A program made the translations under genes and the position numbers. Positions 39,865 to 49,805 of a DNA stretch of 64,000 nt are shown piece after piece. This stretch comes from Clostridia bacterium (lineage in GTDB: Bacteria > Bacillota > Clostridia > Monoglobales > Firm-18), in assembly GCA_045576675.1 (NCBI GenBank), contig JAZNGX010000002.1:5170-69169 (forward strand). The letters run 5' to 3'. Every line of letters starts with the position of its first letter. Within the stretch, counting starts at the first letter, position 1. The notes below the pieces were generated by a model. That model searched no databases. It was given only the letters and a program-made list of their open reading frames with translations, and was not told the DNA's origin.

Positions 39865-40722
39865 GTGAGGTCAAAAAAGCTTATTACTCTTATGGTAATA
39901 CTTATTGCATTCGCTTTGGGTTATTTTGAAAAAGATGAAATGGCGACAGTTTCGGATAATAAAGCGGAGGTTACATTTCTTGATGTTGGGCAGGGTGACT
40001 GTGCAATAATCAGACTAAACGAAAGCGGAGAGGTTATTCTTGTAGATACAGGTGAGACAGAATTTTTTGGGAGAGTAACATCATATCTTGACAGAAATAA
40101 TATTGATACCATAAACCATCTTGTTGCAACGCACCCGCATTCAGACCATATAGGTTCGATGTGGAAGATAGTTGATAAATACAACATTGAAAATGTGTAT
40201 ATGCCAAGAGTGTCAAATAACACAAAGACTTTCGAGAGGTTACTAACCTCAATCAAAAATAAAGGGTTAAAGGCAACTGAAGCAAAAGCTGGTGTTACTT
40301 TGTCAGATGGTGAGGTTAAAGCGTATTTTGTTGCACCTGTGAGCGATGAGTATGAGGAGTTAAACGATTATTCGGCAGTGCTTAAAATAATCTGTGGCGA
40401 TGTAGCATTTCTTTTTACAGGTGATGCAGAAAAGCTGTCTGAAAATGAAATATTGCAAAATGGTACAGATTTAAAGGCAGATGTGTTAAAGGTTGGGCAC
40501 CACGGAAGTGACACAAGTTCAGGTGCTCAGTTCTTGCGAAACGTAATGCCTGATTATGCAATTATCAGTGCCGACGGCGAAAGCTATGGTCATCCGCACA
40601 AAGAGGTGCTTGACAGACTTATTAAAACAAATCCGAATATAGAAATACTTGGTACATATGAGTATGGTAATATAACCTTCACAACAGACGGAAAAGTTAT
40701 AGAATATAAAGCAGACAGGTGA
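39865..40722 (+). CDS. Membrane-anchored MBL-fold hydrolase, ComEC/Rec2 C-terminal (lactamase_B) type
   Basis: An N-terminal anchor (LITLMVILIAFALGYF) is followed by FLDVGQGDCAII, the HxHxDH motif ATHPHSDHIG, and VGHHGS. Confidence 0.8.
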   Translation: MRSKKLITLMVILIAFALGYFEKDEMATVSDNKAEVTFLDVGQGDCAIIRLNESGEVILVDTGETEFFGRVTSYLDRNNIDTINHLVATHPHSDHIGSMWKIVDKYNIENVYMPRVSNNTKTFERLLTSIKNKGLKATEAKAGVTLSDGEVKAYFVAPVSDEYEELNDYSAVLKIICGDVAFLFTGDAEKLSENEILQNGTDLKADVLKVGHHGSDTSSGAQFLRNVMPDYAIISADGESYGHPHKEVLDRLIKTNPNIEILGTYEYGNITFTTDGKVIEYKADR

Positions 40723-40727
40723 TAAAA

Positions 40728-40916
40728 ATGACAGTGATTATTGACAGAATAGAAGATGATTATGCTGTAGTTGAGCTTGAAAACGGTAAAACGGTACAAG
40801 TACCGGTTGAGCTTTTTGAAGATGTATGCGAAGGCAACGCATATGAAATTTCGATTGCTGAAAATCCGGTAGAACAAAAAGTAGAAAAATTAATGAATGA
40901 GGTTTTCGATGATTAA
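40728..40916 (+). CDS. DUF3006 family small protein
   Basis: MTVIIDRIEDDYAVVELENGKTVQVP matches the remembered DUF3006 N terminus. It lies immediately after the MBL hydrolase gene. GTG at 40719 is an alternative start. Confidence 0.6.
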   Translation: MTVIIDRIEDDYAVVELENGKTVQVPVELFEDVCEGNAYEISIAENPVEQKVEKLMNEVFDD

Positions 40917-41964
40917 TCTTAATGACTTAACTTATGACGAGCTTGAACAGGCGATTGTTTCGGCAGGAGAGGCAAAATTCCGCACGTTACAGATTTACAA
41001 ATGGTTTGCGGCAGGCGTAACAGACTTTGAAGGAATGACCAATGTATCAAAGGCAACCAAAGCAAAGCTTGCTGAAAGCTATTCTGTTGCAAGTGTGAAG
41101 ATTTATAAAAAATTCTGCTCTGCTATAGACGAAACGGTCAAATATCTGTTAAAATTAGGTGACGGAAGTATTGTTGAAAGTGTTGCAATGAAGTACAAGC
41201 ATGGCATATCGCTATGTTTATCCACACAGTGTGGCTGTAATATGGGATGCAAATTCTGTGCCTCTACAATCGGAGGCAAAGACCGTGACCTTACTGCAGG
41301 CGAAATTCTCGGTCAGGCAGCAGTGCTTCAGGCAGACCTGGGAGAAAGAATTTCAAATATTGTACTTATGGGAATAGGCGAGCCACTTGATAATTATGAT
41401 AACGTTATAAGATTTTTAAAAAATGTTAATGACGAGCGTGGAATGAATATAGGCTACAGACACATATCGCTTTCAACCTGCGGTCTTGTTGACAAAATCA
41501 ATATGCTGGCTATTGAAAAAATGCCAATTACGCTTTCTGTTTCATTGCATGCACCTGATGATGAAACAAGAAACAAAATAATGCCTGTAAATAAGAAGTA
41601 TAATGTTAAAAAGCTTATCGACAGCTGCAGGGATTACATTTCTGTAACAGGCAGAAGAATATCCTTTGAATATATATTAATTGACGGCGTTAATGATACT
41701 TATGAGCATGCGATAAAGCTTGCATCACTGTTAAAAGGGATGCTTAGCCACGTTAATCTTATTCCTGCCAACTTTGTGCCGGAAAGCGGACTTAAAAACA
41801 GTACCAAGGCTAATGTTCAGAAGTTTTTGAATACATTGGAAAGTAAGGGTGTGAATGCAACAATCAGAAGAACTCTCGGTTCTGATATTGAGGCTTCATG
41901 CGGACAGCTAAGGCGAAATGAAATGAATAGAGGACAGAACAATGAAAATTTATGGAATGACTGA
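40909..41964 (+). CDS. rlmN: 23S rRNA (adenine2503-C2)-methyltransferase RlmN
   Basis: It has the radical SAM motif CNMGCKFC, GMGEPL-like MGIGEPLDN, and a C-terminal Cys (EASCGQL). ATG at 40909 is 6 nt after GAGG; ATG at 40897 is an alternative start. Confidence 0.92.
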   Translation: MINLNDLTYDELEQAIVSAGEAKFRTLQIYKWFAAGVTDFEGMTNVSKATKAKLAESYSVASVKIYKKFCSAIDETVKYLLKLGDGSIVESVAMKYKHGISLCLSTQCGCNMGCKFCASTIGGKDRDLTAGEILGQAAVLQADLGERISNIVLMGIGEPLDNYDNVIRFLKNVNDERGMNIGYRHISLSTCGLVDKINMLAIEKMPITLSVSLHAPDDETRNKIMPVNKKYNVKKLIDSCRDYISVTGRRISFEYILIDGVNDTYEHAIKLASLLKGMLSHVNLIPANFVPESGLKNSTKANVQKFLNTLESKGVNATIRRTLGSDIEASCGQLRRNEMNRGQNNENLWND

Positions 41965-42640
41965 CAAAGGAATAGTTCGTGCAACCAATCAGGACAGCTT
42001 TTATATTGATAAAAGCGGGGAATGGTGCGTAATTGCAGATGGTATGGGCGGACACAACGGTGGTGAAACTGCAAGTGCAATGGCAGTGTCTGTTATTAAA
42101 GATGTTCTTGCAAAGAAAAACAATGATGTTGAGGATTCGTTAAGAACCGCTATTGTTAAAGCAAACAAAGCTGTTTTTGACAAGTCGAGAACAGAAACAG
42201 AATTGCTTGGTATGGGAACAACCGTTGTGCTTTTACGAATGGATAAAAACATAGCGTATATTGCACACGTTGGTGACAGCCGTGCTTATTACATAAGCGG
42301 TGAAAAAATAGTGCAGCTTACCCGTGACCATTCTATTGTGCAGACCTTGATTGAAAGCGGCACAATTACAAAAAAACAGGCGAAAGACCATCCGCAAAAA
42401 AATCTTATAACTCGTGCAGTTGGTACAGACCCGTTTGTGGAAATTGATATTAACCGCGTTATATGCACTAAGGGTGACCATATACTTATGTGTACTGACG
42501 GCTTATCCTCGTTCGTTGACGATAAAGACATACTAAGAATAGTAAAGCAAAATCCGAATGCTGCTGTGAATGACCTTGTTGAAGCTGCAAACAATGCAGG
42601 TGGCAAAGACAATATTACAGCGATTCTCATTAATCTGTAG
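41942..42640 (+). CDS. stp: PP2C-family Ser/Thr phosphatase (Stp/PrpC)
   Basis: Motifs RATNQDSF, ADGMGGH, VGDSRAY, CTDGL and GGKDNITA are present. Confidence 0.9.
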   Translation: MKIYGMTDKGIVRATNQDSFYIDKSGEWCVIADGMGGHNGGETASAMAVSVIKDVLAKKNNDVEDSLRTAIVKANKAVFDKSRTETELLGMGTTVVLLRMDKNIAYIAHVGDSRAYYISGEKIVQLTRDHSIVQTLIESGTITKKQAKDHPQKNLITRAVGTDPFVEIDINRVICTKGDHILMCTDGLSSFVDDKDILRIVKQNPNAAVNDLVEAANNAGGKDNITAILINL

Positions 42641-42651
42641 GAGGTGCGGTT

Positions 42652-44559
42652 ATGAATATTATAGGTAATTTACTGGGCGGAAGATATGAAATATTAAAAG
42701 AAATAGGCAGTGGAGGAATGGCACACGTTTATCTTGCACAGTGCAGGCTTTTAAACAGAAAGGTTGCTGTTAAGATTTTGCGTCCCGAGCTTGCAACAGA
42801 TAAAGAGTTTTTAAAGCGTTTTGAAATTGAAGCACAGGCTGCTGCAGGACTGTCACATCCAAATATTGTAAGTATTTATGATGTAGGAACAGATGGTAAT
42901 CTTAACTATATTATTATGGAATATGTTGAGGGAGTAACCCTGAAAGAATATATAGACGAGCAGAAAATACTACCGTGGCAGGAAGCATTGAATTATGCAG
43001 TTCAAATTTGTGAGGCATTAAAGCACGCTCATAAAAATGGAGTAGTGCATCGTGACATAAAGCCGCATAATATAATTATGACAAGCGAGGGTGTACTTAA
43101 GGTTACTGATTTTGGTATAGCTTGTGCAGCTACCAAAGCAACGGTTACAATAAGCGGCAATGCTATTGGCTCAGTGCATTATTTTTCACCCGAGCAGGCA
43201 CGCGGTGGTATGACTGATGCAAAAAGTGATATTTACTCACTTGGTGTTGTAATGTATGAAATGCTGACGGGAAGATTGCCGTTTGATGGTGAGAGTCACG
43301 TATCAATTGCAATAAAGCACATTCAGGAAAAGCCCGTTTCTCCTAAAGAGTTTAATCTGGCAATTCCTTTGGCAGTTGAAGCCATAGTAATGAAGGCAAT
43401 GGAAAAAATGCAGGAGAACAGATATGCATCAGCAGGTGCAATGCTTGCGGATTTGCATACTGCAGAGGTTGCACCAGACTTTTTGCCCGTCACTAAACCC
43501 AATAACGATGAGCTTGGAAAAACAGTCAAATTTAAAGAAACTGATGAAATTATCAATAAAGTAAGAGAGCTTGGTAAAAAGGAATACGAGGAAATAAAGA
43601 ACCAGACTCCACCAAAGGAAACAAATGATAAAAAGACAATTATGTGGGCGGCAATTGTGTCTGCAGTTCTTGTAATAGCATTCATTGTTGGAATTGCTGC
43701 GTACTTTGGCGCTTTTGGCGGAGGCAACTCTGCTGAACAGCTTGTTCCTGATATTCTCGGCGAGAATTACGAAGAAGTAAAAGAAAAGTATGCAAAGGAT
43801 AAGATTAACATTGTACTTATTCAGGAGGTTGACAGTACTGAGTTTGATGCAGGTGAAATTGTAACACAGGACCCTAAATCAGGCACACTCAGAAAAACGC
43901 CTTTTGACGTCAGCGTTACTGTAAGTAAAGGAACAAAAACGAGCAAGCTTTCAAACTATGAACGTCAGGAATACAACAACGTTGAATTTGAACTTAAAAA
44001 CCTTGGCTTTGATGTGGTAAAAGAAGAGGAGTTCAGTGAAACAATTCCAAAGGAAACGGTTATACGAACAGAACCAAAATCAGGCACTGCTGTCGAAACA
44101 GGTAGTAAGATAACAGTTTATGTGAGTAAGGGTCCTGAGCTTGATATGATTCCGATGCCTTATCTTATAGATAAAAGCTATGCCGAAGCAAAAAAGATAA
44201 TTGAGAATAACAATTTAAAGCTTGGTGAAACAGAACGTGCTGCAAGCTCTAAGCCAAACGGAACAGTTATAGGTCAGAGTATTGAGGCAGACACTGAAGT
44301 AGAAGAATATACAATGGTTGACCTTGTTATAAGTAACGGTATCAGCAATGAAACAACAGGCAAGAGTTATACCGTACAAGTTCCAGGTGACCGCGACAAT
44401 ACAAAAATTGTTGTCGTTCAGAATGGTTCTGTTATCCATAACGGACAACATAACAAAAGTGAGGGTCAGTTCACTGTAAATCTTACAGGCAGTGGTTCTG
44501 TGAAGGTAGAGATTTATTTCGATGATGTTCTGGCAAAACAGGAAACGGTACAGCTATGA
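42652..44559 (+). CDS. prkC: PASTA-domain Ser/Thr protein kinase PrkC
   Basis: The kinase domain (GSGGMAHVY, VAVK, HRDIKPHN, DFG) is followed by one TM helix. Repeated PASTA-like extracellular modules follow. Confidence 0.92.
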   Translation: MNIIGNLLGGRYEILKEIGSGGMAHVYLAQCRLLNRKVAVKILRPELATDKEFLKRFEIEAQAAAGLSHPNIVSIYDVGTDGNLNYIIMEYVEGVTLKEYIDEQKILPWQEALNYAVQICEALKHAHKNGVVHRDIKPHNIIMTSEGVLKVTDFGIACAATKATVTISGNAIGSVHYFSPEQARGGMTDAKSDIYSLGVVMYEMLTGRLPFDGESHVSIAIKHIQEKPVSPKEFNLAIPLAVEAIVMKAMEKMQENRYASAGAMLADLHTAEVAPDFLPVTKPNNDELGKTVKFKETDEIINKVRELGKKEYEEIKNQTPPKETNDKKTIMWAAIVSAVLVIAFIVGIAAYFGAFGGGNSAEQLVPDILGENYEEVKEKYAKDKINIVLIQEVDSTEFDAGEIVTQDPKSGTLRKTPFDVSVTVSKGTKTSKLSNYERQEYNNVEFELKNLGFDVVKEEEFSETIPKETVIRTEPKSGTAVETGSKITVYVSKGPELDMIPMPYLIDKSYAEAKKIIENNNLKLGETERAASSKPNGTVIGQSIEADTEVEEYTMVDLVISNGISNETTGKSYTVQVPGDRDNTKIVVVQNGSVIHNGQHNKSEGQFTVNLTGSGSVKVEIYFDDVLAKQETVQL

Positions 44560-45428
44560 TGACAGGTACGATAATTAAAGGTATAGGCGGATTTTATTAC
44601 GTAAAAACTGAAGACGGACGTGTTGCGGAGTGCCGTGCCAGAGGTAAGCTTCGCAAGCAGGGAATTACCCCTATGGTTGGTGACAGTGCAAATATTACTG
44701 TTGTGAATCAAAATCCGTATGAGGGTGCAATTGAAAGTATTAATGAAAGAAAGAACTATCTTGTAAGGCCGCCTGTTGCAAATATAGAATGTGTTGCAGT
44801 TGTGGTTGCTGCTGCAAGCCCTGCACCTGATAAGTTTCTTGTTGATAAGCTTTTGGTTTGTGCTGAAAAGTTTAAGCTTGAGGTTGTTATAGTTATCAAT
44901 AAAACAGATTTGTCCGACGGTAACGATATTGCTGAAACATATAATAAATGCGGTTATGACGTTATTCACGTATGTGCTGTCACAGGCGACGGAATAGATT
45001 CATTAAAGCAACGTGTTAAAGGTAAAATCACTGCGTTTGCTGGCAATTCCGGCGTAGGAAAATCCAGTATATTAAAGCACTTTGGCTTTGAACTTGAAAC
45101 AGGTGATGTCAGCAAAATAGAACGCGGAAGGCATACCACACGTCACGTTGAGCTTTTTGCAACCGAAAACGATGGGTATGTTATTGATACACCGGGCTTT
45201 AGCTTGCTTGAAATAGCAAATGTTAAAGCTGACGAGCTAAGAGAGTATTTTCTTGAATTTAAGGAATACAACGACAAATGCCGATTTGGCGGATGTAGTC
45301 ACTTTGGTACAAAGGAAAGTGACTGTGCGGTAGTGCAAGCCGTTAAAGACGGACGTATCCCCATAAGCAGATATGAAAATTACACAACGCTGTACGGCGT
45401 TTTAAAGGAGATAAAGGATTATGATTAA
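44556..45428 (+). CDS. rsgA: Ribosome small subunit-dependent GTPase A
   Basis: It is a circularly permuted GTPase (NKTDL then GNSGVGKSS) with a C-terminal zinc motif (CRFGGCSHFGTKESDC). Confidence 0.92.
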   Translation: MMTGTIIKGIGGFYYVKTEDGRVAECRARGKLRKQGITPMVGDSANITVVNQNPYEGAIESINERKNYLVRPPVANIECVAVVVAAASPAPDKFLVDKLLVCAEKFKLEVVIVINKTDLSDGNDIAETYNKCGYDVIHVCAVTGDGIDSLKQRVKGKITAFAGNSGVGKSSILKHFGFELETGDVSKIERGRHTTRHVELFATENDGYVIDTPGFSLLEIANVKADELREYFLEFKEYNDKCRFGGCSHFGTKESDCAVVQAVKDGRIPISRYENYTTLYGVLKEIKDYD

Positions 45429-46071
45429 GTTATCACCGTCACTTTTGTCGGTTGATTTTTCAAGAATAGGAGAGCAGGTTGCGAATGTTGAGCCTTATGT
45501 TGATTATTTGCACCTTGATGTTATGGATGGGCATTTTGTGCCGAACATCAGCTTTGGTTTGCCTGTTATAAAAAGCTTGCGAAAAAGCAGTAATCTGGTT
45601 TTCGATACACATCTTATGATTGAAAAACCATCAAAATATATTGAGGTCTTTGCAAATGCGGGGAGTGATATTATTACAATACACGTTGAAGCACCTGATG
45701 ATATATACGAGTGCTTGAAGCTTATTAAAAAGCTTGGTAAAAAAAGCGGTCTTGCACTTAATCCCGATACCTCGCCAAGTATTCTTGAAAAGTATCTCGA
45801 TGTAACTGATATGGTGCTGCAAATGACAGTGTTTCCGGGCTTTGGTGGTCAGGGGATGGTTACTTCTGCATTAGAACATCTGCCTGTTATCAGACAAATG
45901 ATTGGTGAAAAAGACTTAGAGGTAGACGGTGGCATATACATAAATAATGTTTCTGAGGTTGTTTCAAGAGGTGCAAATGTGATAGTAAGCGGTACAGGTG
46001 TTTTTGGGGCGGATGACCCCAAAAAAGCCGCTGTTTTAATGAAAAAGGCTTGTGAGGAGGTTAATATATGA
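45421..46071 (+). CDS. rpe: Ribulose-phosphate 3-epimerase
   Basis: Motifs SLLSVDF, HLDVMDGHFVPN and the GFGGQ region are present. Confidence 0.95.
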   Translation: MIKLSPSLLSVDFSRIGEQVANVEPYVDYLHLDVMDGHFVPNISFGLPVIKSLRKSSNLVFDTHLMIEKPSKYIEVFANAGSDIITIHVEAPDDIYECLKLIKKLGKKSGLALNPDTSPSILEKYLDVTDMVLQMTVFPGFGGQGMVTSALEHLPVIRQMIGEKDLEVDGGIYINNVSEVVSRGANVIVSGTGVFGADDPKKAAVLMKKACEEVNI

Positions 46072-46712
46072 GCAGACGTGCATTTATATATGCGGCCGGC
46101 TCATATACTTATGATGATGTATCATTATACTCGAGGATAAAATATAATGATAACGACCTTATAATATGTGCTGACGGAGGATACAACCTTATCAATGAGG
46201 TTGGTATTAAGCCGCACGTTATAATAGGTGATATGGATTCTGTTACAGGCAGGCTGCCTTCTGATGTTAAAATATACACCTATCCTACCAAAAAAGACAA
46301 AACTGATTTACATATATGCGTTGATTTTGCAATACAACACGGATGTGACCAGATAATACTTCTTGGAGCATTGGGCGGAAGAATGTCACACACTCTCGGT
46401 TCTGTTATAATCCTTGAATACATTAACAACAATAATGCTTCAGGGATGATACTTACGGCGGATATGCGCATATGCCTTGTGTCAGACAGTATCACAATAA
46501 AAAAAGAAAACTACAATTCGCTTTCTATAATTCCTTTAACCTGTGTGGCAGAGGGGGTTACAACAAGCGGTCTTGTATATCCGCTTGATAATGCGTTGCT
46601 TAAGCGTGAAAACAATCTCGGAATAAGCAATGAATTTGAAGATGCTGTTGCAACAATTTCAGTAAAAAAGGGTTTGTTGCTTATAGTATGTGAGGATTTA
46701 AGAGCATTTTAA
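46068..46712 (+). CDS. thiN: Thiamine diphosphokinase
   Basis: ADGG and GDMDS motifs are present in a 214 aa protein. It occupies the conserved last position of the prkC operon. Confidence 0.85.
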   Translation: MSRRAFIYAAGSYTYDDVSLYSRIKYNDNDLIICADGGYNLINEVGIKPHVIIGDMDSVTGRLPSDVKIYTYPTKKDKTDLHICVDFAIQHGCDQIILLGALGGRMSHTLGSVIILEYINNNNASGMILTADMRICLVSDSITIKKENYNSLSIIPLTCVAEGVTTSGLVYPLDNALLKRENNLGISNEFEDAVATISVKKGLLLIVCEDLRAF

Positions 46713-46731
46713 AAAAATAATGATAAAAATA

Positions 46732-46760
46732 TTGACCTTTTATTTTTGTTGTAGTATAAT
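46732..46760 (+). promoter_or_regulatory. Candidate promoter of serC-serA
   Basis: The sequence reads TTGACC (46732-46737), a 17 nt spacer, then TATAAT (46755-46760). Confidence 0.6.
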
Positions 46761-46801
46761 AATTAGAAAAGTATGTTATAAATTTAACAAGGGGGATATA
46801 T

Positions 46802-47884
46802 ATGAATAGAGTATACAATTTCTCAGCAGGCCCTTCAATGTTGCCTGAATCAGCTTTGAAAAAGGCTGCAGACGAAATGCTTTGCTATGGAAATTCAGGA
46901 ATGGGCGTTATGGAGATGTGCCATCGTTCAAAGGATTATGAAGCAATTATCAACGATGCAGAAGCATTATTAAGAGAGCTTATGAACATTCCTGAGAATT
47001 ATAAGGTGTTGTTCTTGCAGGGCGGTGCTTCAAGCCAGTTTGCTATGGTTCCGCTGAATTTGATGAAGAAAACAGGTAAGGCTGACTTTGTTATCACAGG
47101 TCAGTGGTCAAAGAAAGCAATTCAGGAAGCAAGCCGTTACGGTGAGGCTGTAAAGATTGCTTCAAGTGAAGATGCAGTGTTTAATTACATACCAAAGCTT
47201 GATAAATCAACATTCTCAAAGGATGCATCATATTTCCACATCACTTTAAATAACACAATTTATGGTACAAGATATACCAGCCTTCCGGACACAGGCGATG
47301 TTCCGTTGGTAGCAGATATGTCATCTAATATTCTTTCAGAGGTTGTTGACGTATCAAAGTTTGGCTTAATTTATGCCGGTGCACAGAAGAATATGGGCCC
47401 TGCAGGATTGACAGTTGTAATCATTCGTGAAGACTTAATCGGTGACCCGATGGATATTACTCCAACAATGTTCAACTATGAAATCCATGCTAAAAACGGT
47501 TCAATGTACAACACACCTCCAACATATTCAATCTATATGATGAAGCTTGTTTTAGAGTGGGTTAAAGAGCAGGGTGGCGTTGCTGCAATGCAGAAAATTA
47601 ATGAAGAAAAGGCTGCAATTCTTTACGATTTCCTTGACAATTCAGAATTATTCAAGGGTACAGTTGTTAAAGAAGACCGTTCTTTAATGAACGTTCCTTT
47701 TGTAACAGGTAACGAAGAGCTTGATGCTAAATTTGTTAAAGAAGCAAAAGAAGCAGGCTTTGTTAACCTTAAAGGTCACAGAACAGTTGGCGGTATGAGA
47801 GCTAGTATCTATAACGCTATGCCTGTTGAAGGTGTTAAGGCTCTGGTTGAATTTATGAAGAAATTTGAAGCTGAAAACAAATAA
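46802..47884 (+). CDS. serC: Phosphoserine aminotransferase
   Basis: The N terminus is YNFSAGPSMLPE, and FLQGGASSQF and GAQKNMGPAG (PLP lysine) are present. Confidence 0.95.
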   Translation: MNRVYNFSAGPSMLPESALKKAADEMLCYGNSGMGVMEMCHRSKDYEAIINDAEALLRELMNIPENYKVLFLQGGASSQFAMVPLNLMKKTGKADFVITGQWSKKAIQEASRYGEAVKIASSEDAVFNYIPKLDKSTFSKDASYFHITLNNTIYGTRYTSLPDTGDVPLVADMSSNILSEVVDVSKFGLIYAGAQKNMGPAGLTVVIIREDLIGDPMDITPTMFNYEIHAKNGSMYNTPPTYSIYMMKLVLEWVKEQGGVAAMQKINEEKAAILYDFLDNSELFKGTVVKEDRSLMNVPFVTGNEELDAKFVKEAKEAGFVNLKGHRTVGGMRASIYNAMPVEGVKALVEFMKKFEAENK

Positions 47885-47905
47885 GTTTTAAAGGGAGATT
47901 TTACA

Positions 47906-49069
47906 ATGTATAATATTCAAACCTTAAATAAAATTTCAAAAATCGGTTTGGGACAGTTAAGCCCTGAAAAGTATGTTTGTGCTGATGAAATGGCTAATCC
48001 TGATGCGATAATTTTAAGAAGCTTCTCAATGCACGATATGGAGCTTCCGGATAGTCTTTTGGCTGTTGCAAGAGCAGGTGCAGGCGTTAACAATATTCCG
48101 ATTGACAAATGCAGTGAAAAGGGTATTGTTGTATTCAACACTCCCGGTGCAAATGCAAATGCAGTTAAAGAGCTTGTTATCGGCTCATTGTTCCTTGCAT
48201 CAAGAAAAGTAGTTGCAGGTATTGATTGGGTTAAAGGTCAGAAGGATGCAGGTGATACGCTTTCAAAGGTTGTAGAAAAAGGTAAATCAGCTTTTGCAGG
48301 TCCTGAAATTATGGGCAAAAAGCTTGGTGTTATCGGTCTTGGTGCTATCGGCGTTATGGTATGTAATGCAGCTGCTGCACTGGGTATGGAGGTTATTGGT
48401 TACGACCCATACATTTCAGTAGAACACGCATGGAAGCTATCAAGAGCAGTTGAAAGAGCTGCCACATTAAAGGAAATATATGATTCTTGCGATTATATTA
48501 CACTTCACTTACCGCTTACTCCTGATACAAAGGGTATGATTGGTGAAGAAACTATCGCGTCAATGAAAGATGGCGTTAGAATTCTTAACTTCTCTCGCGG
48601 TGATTTAGTTGATTCTGTTGCACTTATAAATGCTGTTAACAGTGGCAAGGTTGCAAGCTACATCACAGACTTCCCAACAGCAGAAATGCTTGAAATTGAG
48701 AATATCGTTCCAATGCCTCATCTTGGTGCTTCAACACCTGAAAGTGAAGAGAATTGTGCTTATATGGCTGCGAATGAATTAAAGCAGTATCTTGAGTTTG
48801 GTAACATTGTTAATTCTGTTAACTTCCCCAACTGCACAATGAATATGGAAACAAAGTACCGTGTTTGCATTATCCACAAAAATATTCCTAATATGTTGGG
48901 TCAGGTAAGCACAGTATTTGCTGATGCGGGTCTGAATATTGTTCATATGATTAACAAGAGTAAGGGCGACAATGCTTATACAATGGTTGATGTTGACGAG
49001 GCTTGCGAAGGCGTGGTTGATAAAATCAGAGGTATTGACGGAATTCTTTCAATCCGTGTAATAAGATAG
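47906..49069 (+). CDS. serA: D-3-phosphoglycerate dehydrogenase (with C-terminal ACT domain)
   Basis: It has the D-2-hydroxyacid dehydrogenase NAD site GVIGLGAIG, catalytic R/E/H regions, and an ACT-like tail. Confidence 0.9.
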   Translation: MYNIQTLNKISKIGLGQLSPEKYVCADEMANPDAIILRSFSMHDMELPDSLLAVARAGAGVNNIPIDKCSEKGIVVFNTPGANANAVKELVIGSLFLASRKVVAGIDWVKGQKDAGDTLSKVVEKGKSAFAGPEIMGKKLGVIGLGAIGVMVCNAAAALGMEVIGYDPYISVEHAWKLSRAVERAATLKEIYDSCDYITLHLPLTPDTKGMIGEETIASMKDGVRILNFSRGDLVDSVALINAVNSGKVASYITDFPTAEMLEIENIVPMPHLGASTPESEENCAYMAANELKQYLEFGNIVNSVNFPNCTMNMETKYRVCIIHKNIPNMLGQVSTVFADAGLNIVHMINKSKGDNAYTMVDVDEACEGVVDKIRGIDGILSIRVIR

Positions 49070-49078
49070 TTTAGAGTT

Positions 49079-49108
49079 AAAATGCGGCAATGATTTGCCG
49101 CATTTTTT
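49079..49108 (+). terminator. Rho-independent terminator after serA
   Basis: Stem AATGCGGCA (49081-49089) pairs with TGCCGCATT (49096-49104) across a 6 nt loop. A T6 run follows. Confidence 0.8.
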
Positions 49109-49120
49109 GCAGGTGATATT

Positions 49121-49741
49121 ATGACTAAATATTTTAAACAAATTATGGATATACTAAATAACGAATATTCTGATGCGGATTGTACACTTGATTATAAAGA
49201 TCCGCTTGAATTGATGATTGCAACAATTCTTGCGGCTCAGTGTACTGATGCACGTGTTAATATTGTTATGAAGGAGCTTACAGTTAAGTATCCTGATGTT
49301 TATGCATACGCAAATGCTGATTTTGAAGAGCTTATGCAGGATATCCATTCAACGGGGTTTTATAAGAATAAAGCAAAAAACATAATTGCTGCTTGCAAAA
49401 GAATCATCAGTGATTATAATGGAAAGGTTCCGCAAACGATGGAGGAACTTCTTACTCTGGCAGGAGTTGGCAGAAAAACTGCTAATCTGCTTTTGGGCGA
49501 TGCCTTTGGTGTTCCCGGAATAGTTGTTGATACTCATGCCGGCAGGCTTTCACGCCGTATGGGGTTAACTAAGGCAACTGACCCATATAAGGTAGAGCTT
49601 GATTTGTTAAAAATTGTTCCAAAGGAATATCAGACCAAATTCTGCCACCAGCTTGTGTATCACGGCAGAAAGTATTGCAAATCCCAACGCCCTGATTGCG
49701 AAAACTGCCCACTTGGCGAAGTATGTAAGAAAATAATGTGA
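49121..49741 (+). CDS. nth: Endonuclease III
   Basis: It has an HhH-GPD motif (LAGVGRKTANLLL) and a 4Fe-4S cluster loop C..x6..C..C..x5..C at the C terminus. Confidence 0.92.
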   Translation: MTKYFKQIMDILNNEYSDADCTLDYKDPLELMIATILAAQCTDARVNIVMKELTVKYPDVYAYANADFEELMQDIHSTGFYKNKAKNIIAACKRIISDYNGKVPQTMEELLTLAGVGRKTANLLLGDAFGVPGIVVDTHAGRLSRRMGLTKATDPYKVELDLLKIVPKEYQTKFCHQLVYHGRKYCKSQRPDCENCPLGEVCKKIM

Positions 49742-49805
49742 TTTTTAACCTCTTTTGAAATATTACATATAATAAATATGAAATATTTTAATGGAGGTTT
49801 TTTGT

